Shown: positions 8,901 to 17,278 of the stretch, piece after piece
Numbering within the stretch: position 1 is the first letter of the stretch
Layout: the number at the start of each line of letters is the position of its first letter
Origin: Candidatus Levyibacteriota bacterium
GTDB taxonomy: Bacteria; Patescibacteriota; Microgenomatia; Levybacterales; UBA12049
Direction: 5' to 3'
DNA length: 64,000 bases
Assembly: GCA_963790825.1 (NCBI GenBank)
Contig: CAWBPM010000002.1
Location: 359,159-423,158, forward strand
Notes under the pieces: model-generated
The model's input: the letters and a program-made list of their open reading frames with translations, nothing else
Told to the model about the DNA's origin: nothing
Databases searched by the model: none
Translations under genes and position numbers: made by a program

Positions 8901-10678
8901 TTTTGACGGGCAAACCTAAAAGTATGACGCATATGAACCAGATAGGTTTGCATATAGCCTTTTATCCAGCGCGACCTTTGTCTCATCCAATTCGTCAGAT
9001 TACTATTTGCCTCTTCAAATGTTGTGGAATCGATAATCGCAGTCTTATACCCTTTTTTAAAAAGCCGTATACCCATGTCCGCATCCTCAGTGACGTTAAA
9101 TGCATCCCAACCCCTTAGCTTCTTCAGATCCTCTGTCCTAAAATGATTGCTGGTTCCGCCCAGCGGTAAACTGGTTTCAAGTGATTGTAACCCCGGAAGT
9201 GTTACGTCAAACCACAGCGAATACTCTGCGGTAAAGAAACGCGTGAGAAGATTTTGTTTAGGATTATAATAATTTAATTTTGCCTGCAGGCAAACAATGT
9301 CCCGCGGACATTTTTGAAAAGCCAAATAGGCTTTTTTTAACTGCATTGGATCCGGAGAATCTTCGGCGTCGTAAATAACCAGATACTCTCCCAAAGCTTC
9401 TGATAAACCGAAGTTACAAGCTTTCGGTTTTGTTTTCGGCATCGAATAAGGAACAACGACGACTCGAACGTAAGACGGAAGTATCATTGTTTCTACCTTT
9501 TCTATAGATTCTCTGTCATCTTCTTCCAGTAAAAGCAGTACGTCTAATTTGTCTTTCGGCCACTGCAATAGCTCTATAGCACGAAGAAATTGAGGAATAA
9601 CCTGCGCTTCTTTATAGAGCGGACAAAGAATAGAGTAAATAGGAAGAGTATCGTCATTGAGGCTATTAATTTCTTTCGTGTCAACTGAAATTTCTTTATC
9701 AAAAGTCAGACTTTTGCTTACAATAAAGAAATTAAATAGTGCATCGACCAAATAAACCAGACTTAAAATGGCAATTATTATTTTTAAAGTAGTAAGAAAT
9801 TCGAAGAACAAACCAAACAGGAAAAGAGTAAGGACAGCGAAGATAAATATCTTCTGTTTTAGCTGCAGCGTATAGATCGCGGAATCATCAAAATCTAACG
9901 TAGTATGGGTAATATACTTTCTTTTTTTATAACCCATTCCTGCACCTTTCATGGAAGAAGAAGTTGTGGGAGGAATTTGTTGGGGATATAATTTTCTTAA
10001 CCTGATATATAAAGCACTAAGCAGTATCTTGCTTATGCTAGCCAAAGAAGAAACAGGTGAGTTTATTGAAAAATTCAAAGGGAAAGCAATTTCATAATTA
10101 GTGATAATAAACCCTGCCTGTTTCGCCCGGTAAAAAAATTCCAGGTTAAATGTTTGGTCGGACAGAGGATTAAACTTAAGAGTATCGAGGACCTCTCTTG
10201 AGAATATTTTTATTCCTGATTCTGTGTTTATATCTATGCCAAAAAGTGTTTTACCAAGCAGAGAGGTAAGAGTACCCGCAAATGTTCTTTTAGGGTTATT
10301 TTTTTGTTCTTTTTTCGCTGAGGCAACGATTATATCCGCCTTGTCTAACTTTTTAATCATCTCCGGAATTGCCGCAAGCGGGTAGCGTAAATCCGGGTCT
10401 ATTAGAATAACTGCGGAACCGGCCGTATTTTTAAACCCCTCAAGCACATAACCTGCCTTACCTTTTAATCCCGTGTTTCTATAAACTGAAAAATTTTTGT
10501 TTTTCTGCATTTCTTGTAATAGCTGAAGCGAGTCGTCTATCGAATAGTCATCAATAAAAATAATTTCGTAGGGGTAATTTGTAGCCGTAAATGCTTTTTC
10601 AATACCACTTATGATTTCCCCAAGCAAATTTTGCTTATTATATATAGGTATAATTATACTGATCAATCTATCTCTCAT
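5945..10678 (-). CDS. 1577-aa four-module fusion: Dpm1/GtrB-like GT2, TM segment, processive GT2 (QxxRW), Wzx-like flippase, GT4
   Basis: 1) aa 1-225: IISIIIPIYNKQNLL ... IFIDDYSIDDS, polyprenyl-phosphate sugar synthase-like GT2. 2) TM helices. 3) aa ~340-600: KTKPKACNFG ... VIYDAEDSPD ... QRSRWIKGY, a CESA/PgaC/NodC-like processive GT2. 4) aa ~735-1150: multi-TM Wzx-like module (YLGRVLSLEDFGLIGLM). 5) aa ~1160-1577: GT4 (ILNWRDTRHKWAGGAEVY ... EGWGITTIEANACGTPTVAS). It is one uninterrupted ORF. Confidence 0.8.
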   Translation of the reverse strand: MRDRLISIIIPIYNKQNLLGEIISGIEKAFTATNYPYEIIFIDDYSIDDSLQLLQEMQKNKNFSVYRNTGLKGKAGYVLEGFKNTAGSAVILIDPDLRYPLAAIPEMIKKLDKADIIVASAKKEQKNNPKRTFAGTLTSLLGKTLFGIDINTESGIKIFSREVLDTLKFNPLSDQTFNLEFFYRAKQAGFIITNYEIAFPLNFSINSPVSSLASISKILLSALYIRLRKLYPQQIPPTTSSSMKGAGMGYKKRKYITHTTLDFDDSAIYTLQLKQKIFIFAVLTLFLFGLFFEFLTTLKIIIAILSLVYLVDALFNFFIVSKSLTFDKEISVDTKEINSLNDDTLPIYSILCPLYKEAQVIPQFLRAIELLQWPKDKLDVLLLLEEDDRESIEKVETMILPSYVRVVVVPYSMPKTKPKACNFGLSEALGEYLVIYDAEDSPDPMQLKKAYLAFQKCPRDIVCLQAKLNYYNPKQNLLTRFFTAEYSLWFDVTLPGLQSLETSLPLGGTSNHFRTEDLKKLRGWDAFNVTEDADMGIRLFKKGYKTAIIDSTTFEEANSNLTNWMRQRSRWIKGYMQTYLVHMRHTFRFARQKGIHVLFFQLTVGGKLAFILLNPLLWLLTIAYFTLYPFAGHFIQSLYPSPVLYLAVLSLVFGNFMFFYCYMIGCAKRKQWGLIKYTFLIPFYWLLISIASGMALYQLLFKPHYWEKTIHGLRFKSLHSLPDVIMEQIIYIDSNNRKVFFAKIKNRFKTEIRLHGNYLAGVFYMGALGLGNLFNFLYSAYLGRVLSLEDFGLIGLMTGLFSLTSVIPRAFGATVGYKTGYLIGKYNNNTAFDFWKFTRGKLLLISIVLTILWVGLSPSLLHFFKTESLFPFLLFSPVLLVIFAYATDRGFLSSRLSFVLLGILAIFEPILKLGFAFLLVLLGLKSWAYTAIPFSVSIAFLAGWIMIVKSRKNAKETVHAEAKYFPKKYFLNSSMAALSSVILLNLDVILAKHYLSPNEAGLYSLISLVAKTIFFMGSFVSPFLIPLISRDEGTNRDSKKILMVAILGAIILAFPAVLVFGILGHYSAPYLFGQKAIAATAYLLPMSLAMLCFTISRVYGDYYLTKRYYSFAGAALLIGVLQIVLISFFHQTVFSFVYVMSFIWVFYLTITLTLHLFAVQVKTFENNMVDFFGLFKTYKKTYTKRDKLRILILNWRDTRHKWAGGAEVYIQELAKRWVKDGNAVTVFCGNSLKGPRNEIIDGVQIIRRGGFYTVYLWACLYYIFRLHGKFDAIIDSENGIPFFSPLYSFKPKFLLIHHVHQEVFRKSLKPPFSWLALFLEAKLMPLVYKSVQVVTVSPSSKEEILRHKLTKKEPMIVYNGVDLGKYKPGIKSMIPSVLYLGRLQSYKSLHILIKAAKKISESIPEVEFIIAGEGEERRKLEKYAENLGMKNKILFTGKVEEDMKIKLFQKAWVFVNPSFMEGWGITTIEANACGTPTVASNVPGLRDSINNPSTGFLVPYGDADEFANKILELITNENLRKNFSQEAIKWAYQFTWEKSAQSFYELIEKSFAGIEHELSLSAVTVNEENIKRMERYF

Positions 10679-10684
10679 AGTTTT

Positions 10685-10885
10685 TTATTTTTCTATCTTA
10701 TTTACAACACGATGATCATTAATGAATTTATATAATGCCGGTTTTTCAATGCGGTAATGCCCTCCGAATTCCAGTGCTTCAATTTTTCCTTCTTTAATAT
10801 ACTTATAGATTGTCAGGATACTTAGCTTCAGAATTGAGGCTACTTCCCGGACTGTTAGTAATAAATTTTCTTCTGTTTGTCTCAT
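10685..10885 (-). CDS. Excisionase-family HTH DNA-binding protein (HTH_17-like)
   Basis: LLTVREVASILKLSILTIYKYIKEGKIEALEFGGHYRIEKPAL matches the excisionase/MerR-type winged HTH consensus. Its stop is 6 nt from the start of the 1577-aa gene, so the two are co-transcribed. Confidence 0.7.
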   Translation of the reverse strand: MRQTEENLLLTVREVASILKLSILTIYKYIKEGKIEALEFGGHYRIEKPALYKFINDHRVVNKIEK

Positions 10886-11115
10886 AGTCGAATATCTAAG
10901 TTGTTATATATATCACAATATAGCTATATAGTCAATCTAATTGTAACTTTTACTATATTTTAAATACATTTGTTTATGTCCGATAATGTTTATATATTCT
11001 TAATAATACTGATTCGTTGCATAGTACAATAAGAAAGACTATAAGAACATAATTAAACTAACAGTTAAGTTGTTAAAATAAGTAAATAATACTTAAGAAC
11101 GGATAAAATCACTTC

Positions 11116-11144
11116 TTGACAATCCGGATAAAATAAAGTATAAA
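11116..11144 (+). promoter_or_regulatory. Sigma70-type promoter (TTGACA-17-TATAAA) upstream of the 738-aa GT gene
   Basis: cTTGACAatccggataaaataaagTATAAAc. It would give a 5' leader of about 220 nt. Confidence 0.5.
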
Positions 11145-11184
11145 CTTAGACTCTAGGTTATTATTTTGTCCAATGGTAAATTTT

Positions 11185-11201
11185 TTGATTAATTTAATCA
11201 A
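11185..11201. promoter_or_regulatory. Perfect 8-1-8 palindrome TTGATTAATTTAATCAA in the divergent intergenic region (candidate operator)
   Basis: Read directly from the sequence. It lies between the promoter above and the start of the 738-aa gene, and is divergent from the HTH gene. Confidence 0.4.
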
Positions 11202-11371
11202 ATTGAAATTTCATCGATACATGTAAAATGCCGATTTAGCAAGACAGGTGAATTAAGAGGCTTATTGCTTTTTGTTGTGAATTAAGTTACTGAGTAAATA
11301 AGAATCATTTACATATAGCCTATTGTGCTAAATTTATTGTATATAGTAGAGTTATATAAGATTTATTTAAT

Positions 11372-13588
11372 ATGAAGAAATTATCAATTGTTATACCAAC
11401 CTGGAACGAGGAAGGAAATATCCTACCTATTGTTCTACGGATTGATGCTGCAATGAAACGCATTAATACAATGTATGAACTGATTTTTGTGGACGATAAT
11501 TCCACTGATAATACACAAACTGCAATAAAAGACCTGAGTCGTTCTTACCCGATCTCTCTTTGGATAAAAAAAGGGAGGAAGGGGAAGGCGTTTTCTCTAC
11601 TTGAAGGTTTTTCCTACGCAAAATATAACTTTCTCTGCATGATAGATGCGGATTTGCAATATCCGCCTGAAGCTATTCCTGCAATGCTTAAGAAAATCGG
11701 AAGAAAAAATGATATCATAGTCGCGAATAGGAATGAAAAGAATATTAATCTCATCAGAAAACTTTTCAGTCATTCTTTTCGTCTTATTTTCGGAAGACTT
11801 ATCCATACCTTCGATTGCGATGTTCAATCCGGACTGAAAGTATTTAAAAAAGAAATCATAGAGCGAATTGATATAAACCCGACTTCCTGGACGTTCGATT
11901 TGGCACTACTGACAAAAGCCAGAAATGCCGGATACAGTATTGGTACTGTCGATATTATGTTTGATAAGCGGTTTTCCGGGAAAGCCAAAATCGGGCTGTT
12001 GAAAGCATCACTCGAGATAGGATTAAATGCGCTATTTTTAAAATTTGCTAAAAACGAAATTATTCCCTTTAGTCTCGCGACAAAAAAAAGAAAAGGGGAT
12101 GGGTTTCATTATAAAGGAAAGCCGTTCGTTCCGCATACTGACCTACCCATGAAACGAAGCGCAATTCAAAGGTTGACCTTGGGACAAATCCTCATTCTCT
12201 CTGCACTTTTGTGTTTCTTCATTATTGCTTTATTTCTAAACTGGCATCTGGTTTTGCTTCTTCTTATCTCGCTGGTAAGTTTCCTTTATTTTAGCGATCT
12301 TTTATTTAATTTTTTTCTGATTTATAGAAGTTTTTCAAAAACTCCCGAAATAAAAATAACTAAAAAAGCGATTCAAAAAATACCTGATAGTTTCTGGCCG
12401 ATATATACTGTTTTTTGTCCGTTATATAAAGAATGGTCCGTTGTCCCGCAATTTATCAAGGCCATGAGTGATCTGGATTACCCGAAAGAAAAGTTACAGG
12501 TAATGCTTCTTTTGGAAGAAGATGATAAAGAAACAATTGAAAAAGTAAAAGAGTTCAGCCTGCCGTTTTATTTCCAGGTTGTTATTATTCCCGATGCAAA
12601 GCCAAAAACCAAACCAAAAGCCATGAATTTCGGCATGAAATTTGCAAAAGGGGAGTTTATCGTTATTTATGATGCTGAAGATATACCGGAAAAAGATCAA
12701 TTAAAAAAGGCTGTTCTGGCTTTCCAGGAAGTAGGATTAAAAACTGTTTGCCTGCAGGCAAAATTAAATTTTTATAATCCCCATCAAAATCTTTTAACAC
12801 GTATTTTTACAGCCGAATACTCCCTATGGTTTGATTTGGTACTTACCGGTCTTCAATCAATTAATGCGCCGATTCCACTGGGCGGTACTTCTAATCACTT
12901 TCGGGCCGGAGTTCTGGAAAAAATAAAGGGTTGGGATGCGTTCAATGTAACGGAAGATGCGGACCTCGGTATGCGACTGGTTAAAGAAGGATATAGAACG
13001 GGTATTATAGATTCGACTACGTATGAAGAGGCAAACAGTGATTATATAAATTGGTTCAATCAACGAACACGCTGGGTCAAAGGTTACATCCAAACTTACT
13101 TTGTTCACATGAGAAATCTCAGGGAGTTTAAAATGTCTCTCAGAAACCCCGATGCGATTACGTTTCAACTTGTTATCGGGGGGAAAATTTTATCCATGTT
13201 TATAAATCCGTTCATGTGGACGGTGACTATTAGTTATTTCGTCTTTCGCCCGATTATCGGTACATTTATCGATTCTTTCTTTCCCGGTCCCTTATTGTAT
13301 ATTGCTATGTTCTCGTTAATTTTCGGAAACTTTCTTTATTACTATTATTATGTGATCGGCTGTGCAAAAAGGAATTATTATGACATTATCAAATATCTCT
13401 TCCTGATTCCTTTCTATTGGTTGGCAATGAGTGTGGCAGCCTGGATAGCAACTTATAAATTTATTCACGAACCGTATTATTGGTCAAAAACAGTCCATGG
13501 CTTACATCTTCAGGATAGCAACAGTTTCGCTAAAAAGAAAGTGCCCCTTTTCCGCTTGAGTTTTCTACCTATTTTTGATAAAGAGTAA
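11372..13588 (+). CDS. 738-aa dual GT2 protein (Dpm1-like GT2, TM segment, processive QxxRW GT2, TM segment)
   Basis: LSIVIPTWNEEGNI ... FVDDNSTDNT, then KTKPKAMNFG ... VIYDAEDIPE ... QRTRWVKGY. It is a close paralogue of aa 1-720 of the 1577-aa protein. Confidence 0.8.
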   Translation: MKKLSIVIPTWNEEGNILPIVLRIDAAMKRINTMYELIFVDDNSTDNTQTAIKDLSRSYPISLWIKKGRKGKAFSLLEGFSYAKYNFLCMIDADLQYPPEAIPAMLKKIGRKNDIIVANRNEKNINLIRKLFSHSFRLIFGRLIHTFDCDVQSGLKVFKKEIIERIDINPTSWTFDLALLTKARNAGYSIGTVDIMFDKRFSGKAKIGLLKASLEIGLNALFLKFAKNEIIPFSLATKKRKGDGFHYKGKPFVPHTDLPMKRSAIQRLTLGQILILSALLCFFIIALFLNWHLVLLLLISLVSFLYFSDLLFNFFLIYRSFSKTPEIKITKKAIQKIPDSFWPIYTVFCPLYKEWSVVPQFIKAMSDLDYPKEKLQVMLLLEEDDKETIEKVKEFSLPFYFQVVIIPDAKPKTKPKAMNFGMKFAKGEFIVIYDAEDIPEKDQLKKAVLAFQEVGLKTVCLQAKLNFYNPHQNLLTRIFTAEYSLWFDLVLTGLQSINAPIPLGGTSNHFRAGVLEKIKGWDAFNVTEDADLGMRLVKEGYRTGIIDSTTYEEANSDYINWFNQRTRWVKGYIQTYFVHMRNLREFKMSLRNPDAITFQLVIGGKILSMFINPFMWTVTISYFVFRPIIGTFIDSFFPGPLLYIAMFSLIFGNFLYYYYYVIGCAKRNYYDIIKYLFLIPFYWLAMSVAAWIATYKFIHEPYYWSKTVHGLHLQDSNSFAKKKVPLFRLSFLPIFDKE

Positions 13589-13653
13589 TGTTTTGAGAAA
13601 GGTTACCCGGCTTTAATAAGTGGGGTGGAGAAAAATAAAGTATTACGGCGCAC

Positions 13654-13683
13654 AAAAAAAGCGGGCTATAGCCCGCTTTCTCT
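13654..13683. terminator. Bidirectional rho-independent terminator between convergent genes
   Basis: AAAAAAAGCGGGC-TATA-GCCCGCTTTCTCT. It has a 6-bp GC stem and is flanked by A-run and T-run. Confidence 0.75.
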
Positions 13684-14836
13684 ACAAGCTATACCTATGA
13701 TTAGGCGACCTTCCAGATCGCAGTCTTATCCACATCCGCATAAATAACATAACGATATTTGCTAAAATGGCAAAAAAGAGCCAATTTGTTTCTGTTGCAG
13801 GTAGTATTCTGCTCATCCCGAGCACCAATACCTGTCCTCCCGACGGGAAGGTGGAAGAATTACTGCCCAAGCTATTTATAATTGGCGCAGCACTGAATGG
13901 CGGGGGTAATGCCCCGGGAGTCTCTGATTTTGGGGACGCAGCCGGAAGAGAAGATTGCTGGGTACATTGACAGTCTCCATCAAAGACATTCGTATTAAGA
14001 GGGTTATTACTAATTTGAGAATAGGACGCAATATTACCGGTTTGTATTTCAACATTTCCTGTGTTTCCGCTCGCAGTATTAGACCCTGAGGAGAGACTGA
14101 GTGTTTCGTTATTACTCGCATTTGTAACTTGTATTGTCTTAAGCATATTTATATTGTTGTTTTCTTCGTCAACAGTATTTTTTGAATCATCACCGTTTCC
14201 GCTGCTGTCTACAACTGAACCTTCCGATCCTTCAATATCTTTGCCCGCACTTATCGTTGCAAGCGGTTCGTTTAGTAATCTTATTTTGACATTGATATCT
14301 CCTGTTTGAATCGTAGTATTGCCGGAATTATCATTCGCGCTATTCTCTCCGGTTATCGCCGTCCCCGAAATATTATTCTGGATCGTTGTTATTTGCTTTA
14401 CCACCGTATTAACCTTTGTTGAATTATCCTGGACAATCGTATTCTGAGAACCGGATCCATTCTGATCGTTCGTTGACAAGGTAGTTCCCGAGCAGCATGA
14501 AGGCGCTTTTGCGACGGAATTATTAGTATTATTTATTATTGTTGTGTTTGAGATCGTATCTCCCGTACTGATTACAACTGAACCGTTCGTATTACTGTTG
14601 GCAGTATTATTGCCGGAGGAGGAAGTTGTCTCAATGGTATTGGAAATTGTTGCTGTATTTGCCTGCTGTACACTAGTCTGAGTAGGAGAGTAGACAGATA
14701 CTCCGTTCCCAGAATCGGAACCGTTTCCTAAAACAGTTAAATCTTCCGCATTTACGGATTTTACAAAAACAGCAAAAAAAAGACAGTAGATTAAGGTTGT
14801 TGCTAACGTGATTATAAAAATTTTATATTTTAACAT
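13682..14836 (-). CDS. Secreted Asn/Thr/Ser-rich repeat protein with C-terminal sorting-signal-like anchor
   Basis: N-terminal signal peptide (MLKYKIFIITLATTLIYCLFFAVFVKSVNA). Repeat modules include GNTTIQTGDINV and GNTGNVEIQTGNIA, with CC/CxC pairs. The C-terminus LPATETN + WLFFAILANIVMLF + RMWIRLRSGR fits motif, hydrophobic helix, basic tail. Confidence 0.6.
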   Translation of the reverse strand: MLKYKIFIITLATTLIYCLFFAVFVKSVNAEDLTVLGNGSDSGNGVSVYSPTQTSVQQANTATISNTIETTSSSGNNTANSNTNGSVVISTGDTISNTTIINNTNNSVAKAPSCCSGTTLSTNDQNGSGSQNTIVQDNSTKVNTVVKQITTIQNNISGTAITGENSANDNSGNTTIQTGDINVKIRLLNEPLATISAGKDIEGSEGSVVDSSGNGDDSKNTVDEENNNINMLKTIQVTNASNNETLSLSSGSNTASGNTGNVEIQTGNIASYSQISNNPLNTNVFDGDCQCTQQSSLPAASPKSETPGALPPPFSAAPIINSLGSNSSTFPSGGQVLVLGMSRILPATETNWLFFAILANIVMLFMRMWIRLRSGRSPNHRYSL

Positions 14837-14895
14837 ACAATAATTATGTAGATGTAGCTCACAAACTTACTATGTAATCGAGGCAGAAATTACTA

Positions 14896-17187
14896 TTATT
14901 TACTTCGGGGCAATAGAATTCTTTTACCGAGTATTCCAAGTCCCAAGATCGGTAGAAGAAGTATAAACCAAGCAAGATTAACCGATATTTGCTTCTCGGT
15001 TTCAAGAGTAGGTGTATGCGCGCTTAAAACAGTGGTTGTATGATTCGGCGTTACTTTGCTTGAGTTTACAAAATTACTGTTATAGGTAAGAATACTGCCA
15101 CTGGGCACATTGGTATCCGCGTTTATTGTAATCTGATCAACTGTTCCTGAATTCGTAGTCGTCGCAGTGGAGCTTGTAGTCTGATTAGTAGTTGACCCCG
15201 AAGAAGAGGTGTTACTGGAACTCGTTGTACTTGTTGAAGTTGTGCTACTGGCTGTTTGTGAGGCGTTTCCACTATTTTGATCATGCTTCACTTGGCCCGG
15301 TGTCACAAAATCTCCAACCCATTTACCAAAAACATTTACCACTGTCACTATTAATTTACCGTTACCCACGACATTGTTATTAACAAAGTTAACCAGGTTG
15401 GCGATAATGTTGGCATTGCCTGTTTTAATAGCTGTATTACCATCTGTATTTTCATTCGCCTGATTTCCTCCGGTATTGGCACTAAGGTTTAGATTATTTG
15501 TAATGTTCGCGTTATTATTCTGGGTCGTTGAAGAATTATTGTTCTGCGTACTGCTGGCATTACTGGTTGACCCACTACCATTGCCTGAATTATTTACTGC
15601 TGTTACATTACCGCTACTATCTACGCTAAACTCTGTCCCTGACGATCCGGACATTGTAGAACCGGCAGGAGCTCCTAATATCTCACCCACCCACGTACCC
15701 GCATCATTAACCAGGACTAGCCACCATGTGCCGCCATCAACATTGGAATTGGCAACATTGAGAACATTAGCATCGACGTTTGTACTACCCGTGGATACCG
15801 CGGAATCTCCGCCTGTATTTAGATTCGCATCGTTGTTTCCGGTCTGACCGTTAAATGTCAGATTATTGCTAATTGCCGCATCATTATTTTGAAAAGTATT
15901 GTTACTATTTCCTTGTGATAAGGACGCATCATTTGTGCTTCCCGATCCGTTTCCGGAATTGGTTGAATCCGCACTGCTGTTTGCTACTTCACTATCAGGA
16001 AGAACAATATCACCATTCAAGTCGCCGTAAATATTGACAACACCATACTCGACTTGTCCGCCTGATAAATTATTATTGGCGAGGGTGAGAGAATTGGCGG
16101 AAACATTTGCATTACCTGTTTGAATAGCCGTGTCTCCACCCGTATTGTCATTTGCTGTGTTTTGCCCGGAATTTGCCGAAAGAGTTAGGGTATTTCCGAC
16201 TGTCGCGTCATTATTCTGGAACGAATTATTATTATTTGCCCCTGATAAACTGGCATTATTAGTCGAATTCGCACCGTTACCAGTATTTGCCACTGTTCCA
16301 CTGCTGCCGGAACAGCCCGAAACACAATTCGCAGCGTAGTTTAAGACCAGATCTCCCGTTTGATCATCTGCGACGTCGAATTCCGACACCTCAACATTAT
16401 CAAGGTTTGTATTTACGCCTGTTATTGCAGTCCCTGAGGTATTTGCATCCCCTGTTTTCATTAATGTATTGCCTCCGGTATTGTCAGATGCTGTATTAGT
16501 GCCGGTATTTGTTGACTGATTAACATTATTTCCCACCTGGGCACTATTGTTTTGGTTGCTGTTATCGTTATCTGAGACAGTAGCAGAACCGTTATTATTT
16601 GATCCCGATCCATTACCGCTGTTTGAGACTTGCGCACTCGAACCTGTGCCACTATTCGTTGTTGCACCTGAACCATTGCCGCTATCATTTGTTACCGAAG
16701 CCGAGTCTACTCCGGCTCCTGCACTTACAGCACTACTATCACCGGAATTCTGTCCGGAACCTGCAGGCGTATTGTTTGGGCTTACCGTAGGAGTAGGGGT
16801 AGGAGTCATATTAACTCCGACTGCAGTGGCACTTGTCGCACTAACCGTCCTATTACTGTCTCCTCCCTCCAAGGGAACTTTCGCATCCGGTGTTGGCGTA
16901 ACTCTTGGATCATGATGATTAGTCTTCTCACTATCAGGTGATACTGACGGAGTAGGGGTAGGAGTATCTGTAGGTGTTGCATTTGCAGAATTCGGCGCTT
17001 GAGGTGCAGTCGGCGATGGGGTTGGGGTAGTAGTGTCTACCGGTTGATCCGGTGCAGTCGGTGCAGTCGGCGATGGAGGCGGCGGTGTAGACGTCGGATC
17101 ATCCGCACGAGCAAGAATAGGATTTTGCACAAAAATAAGCCCCAGGATCAGAATAATGGTTAATAGTTTTTTAAATTTTAATTTCAT
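14896..17187 (-). CDS. 763-aa secreted Pro/Thr-linker plus Asn/Gly/Ser/Thr-rich repeat protein with C-terminal TM anchor
   Basis: Signal peptide MKLKFKKLLTIILILGLIFVQNPILARA. A PT-rich linker (TPPPPSPTAPTAP) follows. It has four or more modules with the core NTGG(D/N)(T/S)A(I/V)xTGxANV, each ending in an aromatic beta-strand-like segment. The C-terminus is PTLETEKQ + WFILLLPILGLGILG + KRILLPRSK. Confidence 0.65.
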   Translation of the reverse strand: MKLKFKKLLTIILILGLIFVQNPILARADDPTSTPPPPSPTAPTAPDQPVDTTTPTPSPTAPQAPNSANATPTDTPTPTPSVSPDSEKTNHHDPRVTPTPDAKVPLEGGDSNRTVSATSATAVGVNMTPTPTPTVSPNNTPAGSGQNSGDSSAVSAGAGVDSASVTNDSGNGSGATTNSGTGSSAQVSNSGNGSGSNNNGSATVSDNDNSNQNNSAQVGNNVNQSTNTGTNTASDNTGGNTLMKTGDANTSGTAITGVNTNLDNVEVSEFDVADDQTGDLVLNYAANCVSGCSGSSGTVANTGNGANSTNNASLSGANNNNSFQNNDATVGNTLTLSANSGQNTANDNTGGDTAIQTGNANVSANSLTLANNNLSGGQVEYGVVNIYGDLNGDIVLPDSEVANSSADSTNSGNGSGSTNDASLSQGNSNNTFQNNDAAISNNLTFNGQTGNNDANLNTGGDSAVSTGSTNVDANVLNVANSNVDGGTWWLVLVNDAGTWVGEILGAPAGSTMSGSSGTEFSVDSSGNVTAVNNSGNGSGSTSNASSTQNNNSSTTQNNNANITNNLNLSANTGGNQANENTDGNTAIKTGNANIIANLVNFVNNNVVGNGKLIVTVVNVFGKWVGDFVTPGQVKHDQNSGNASQTASSTTSTSTTSSSNTSSSGSTTNQTTSSTATTTNSGTVDQITINADTNVPSGSILTYNSNFVNSSKVTPNHTTTVLSAHTPTLETEKQISVNLAWFILLLPILGLGILGKRILLPRSK

Positions 17188-17278
17188 ATTTTTTATTTAT
17201 TTTATATTTTTAATTTTCTTTTATTTGGTGTAGGGTGTCTATCCGAAGTGCTAGACAGACACCACTACATACCAAATG

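Noticed and set aside
15192-16915. Several plus-strand ORFs of 60-123 aa (15192-15383, 15476-15847, 16130-16339, 16287-16499, 16547-16915, 16599-16790) inside the 763-aa gene
   Set aside because: They are low-complexity mirror-frame artefacts of the Asn/Thr/Gly-rich minus-strand gene. That gene alone has a signal peptide, a continuous 763-aa frame and a C-terminal anchor.
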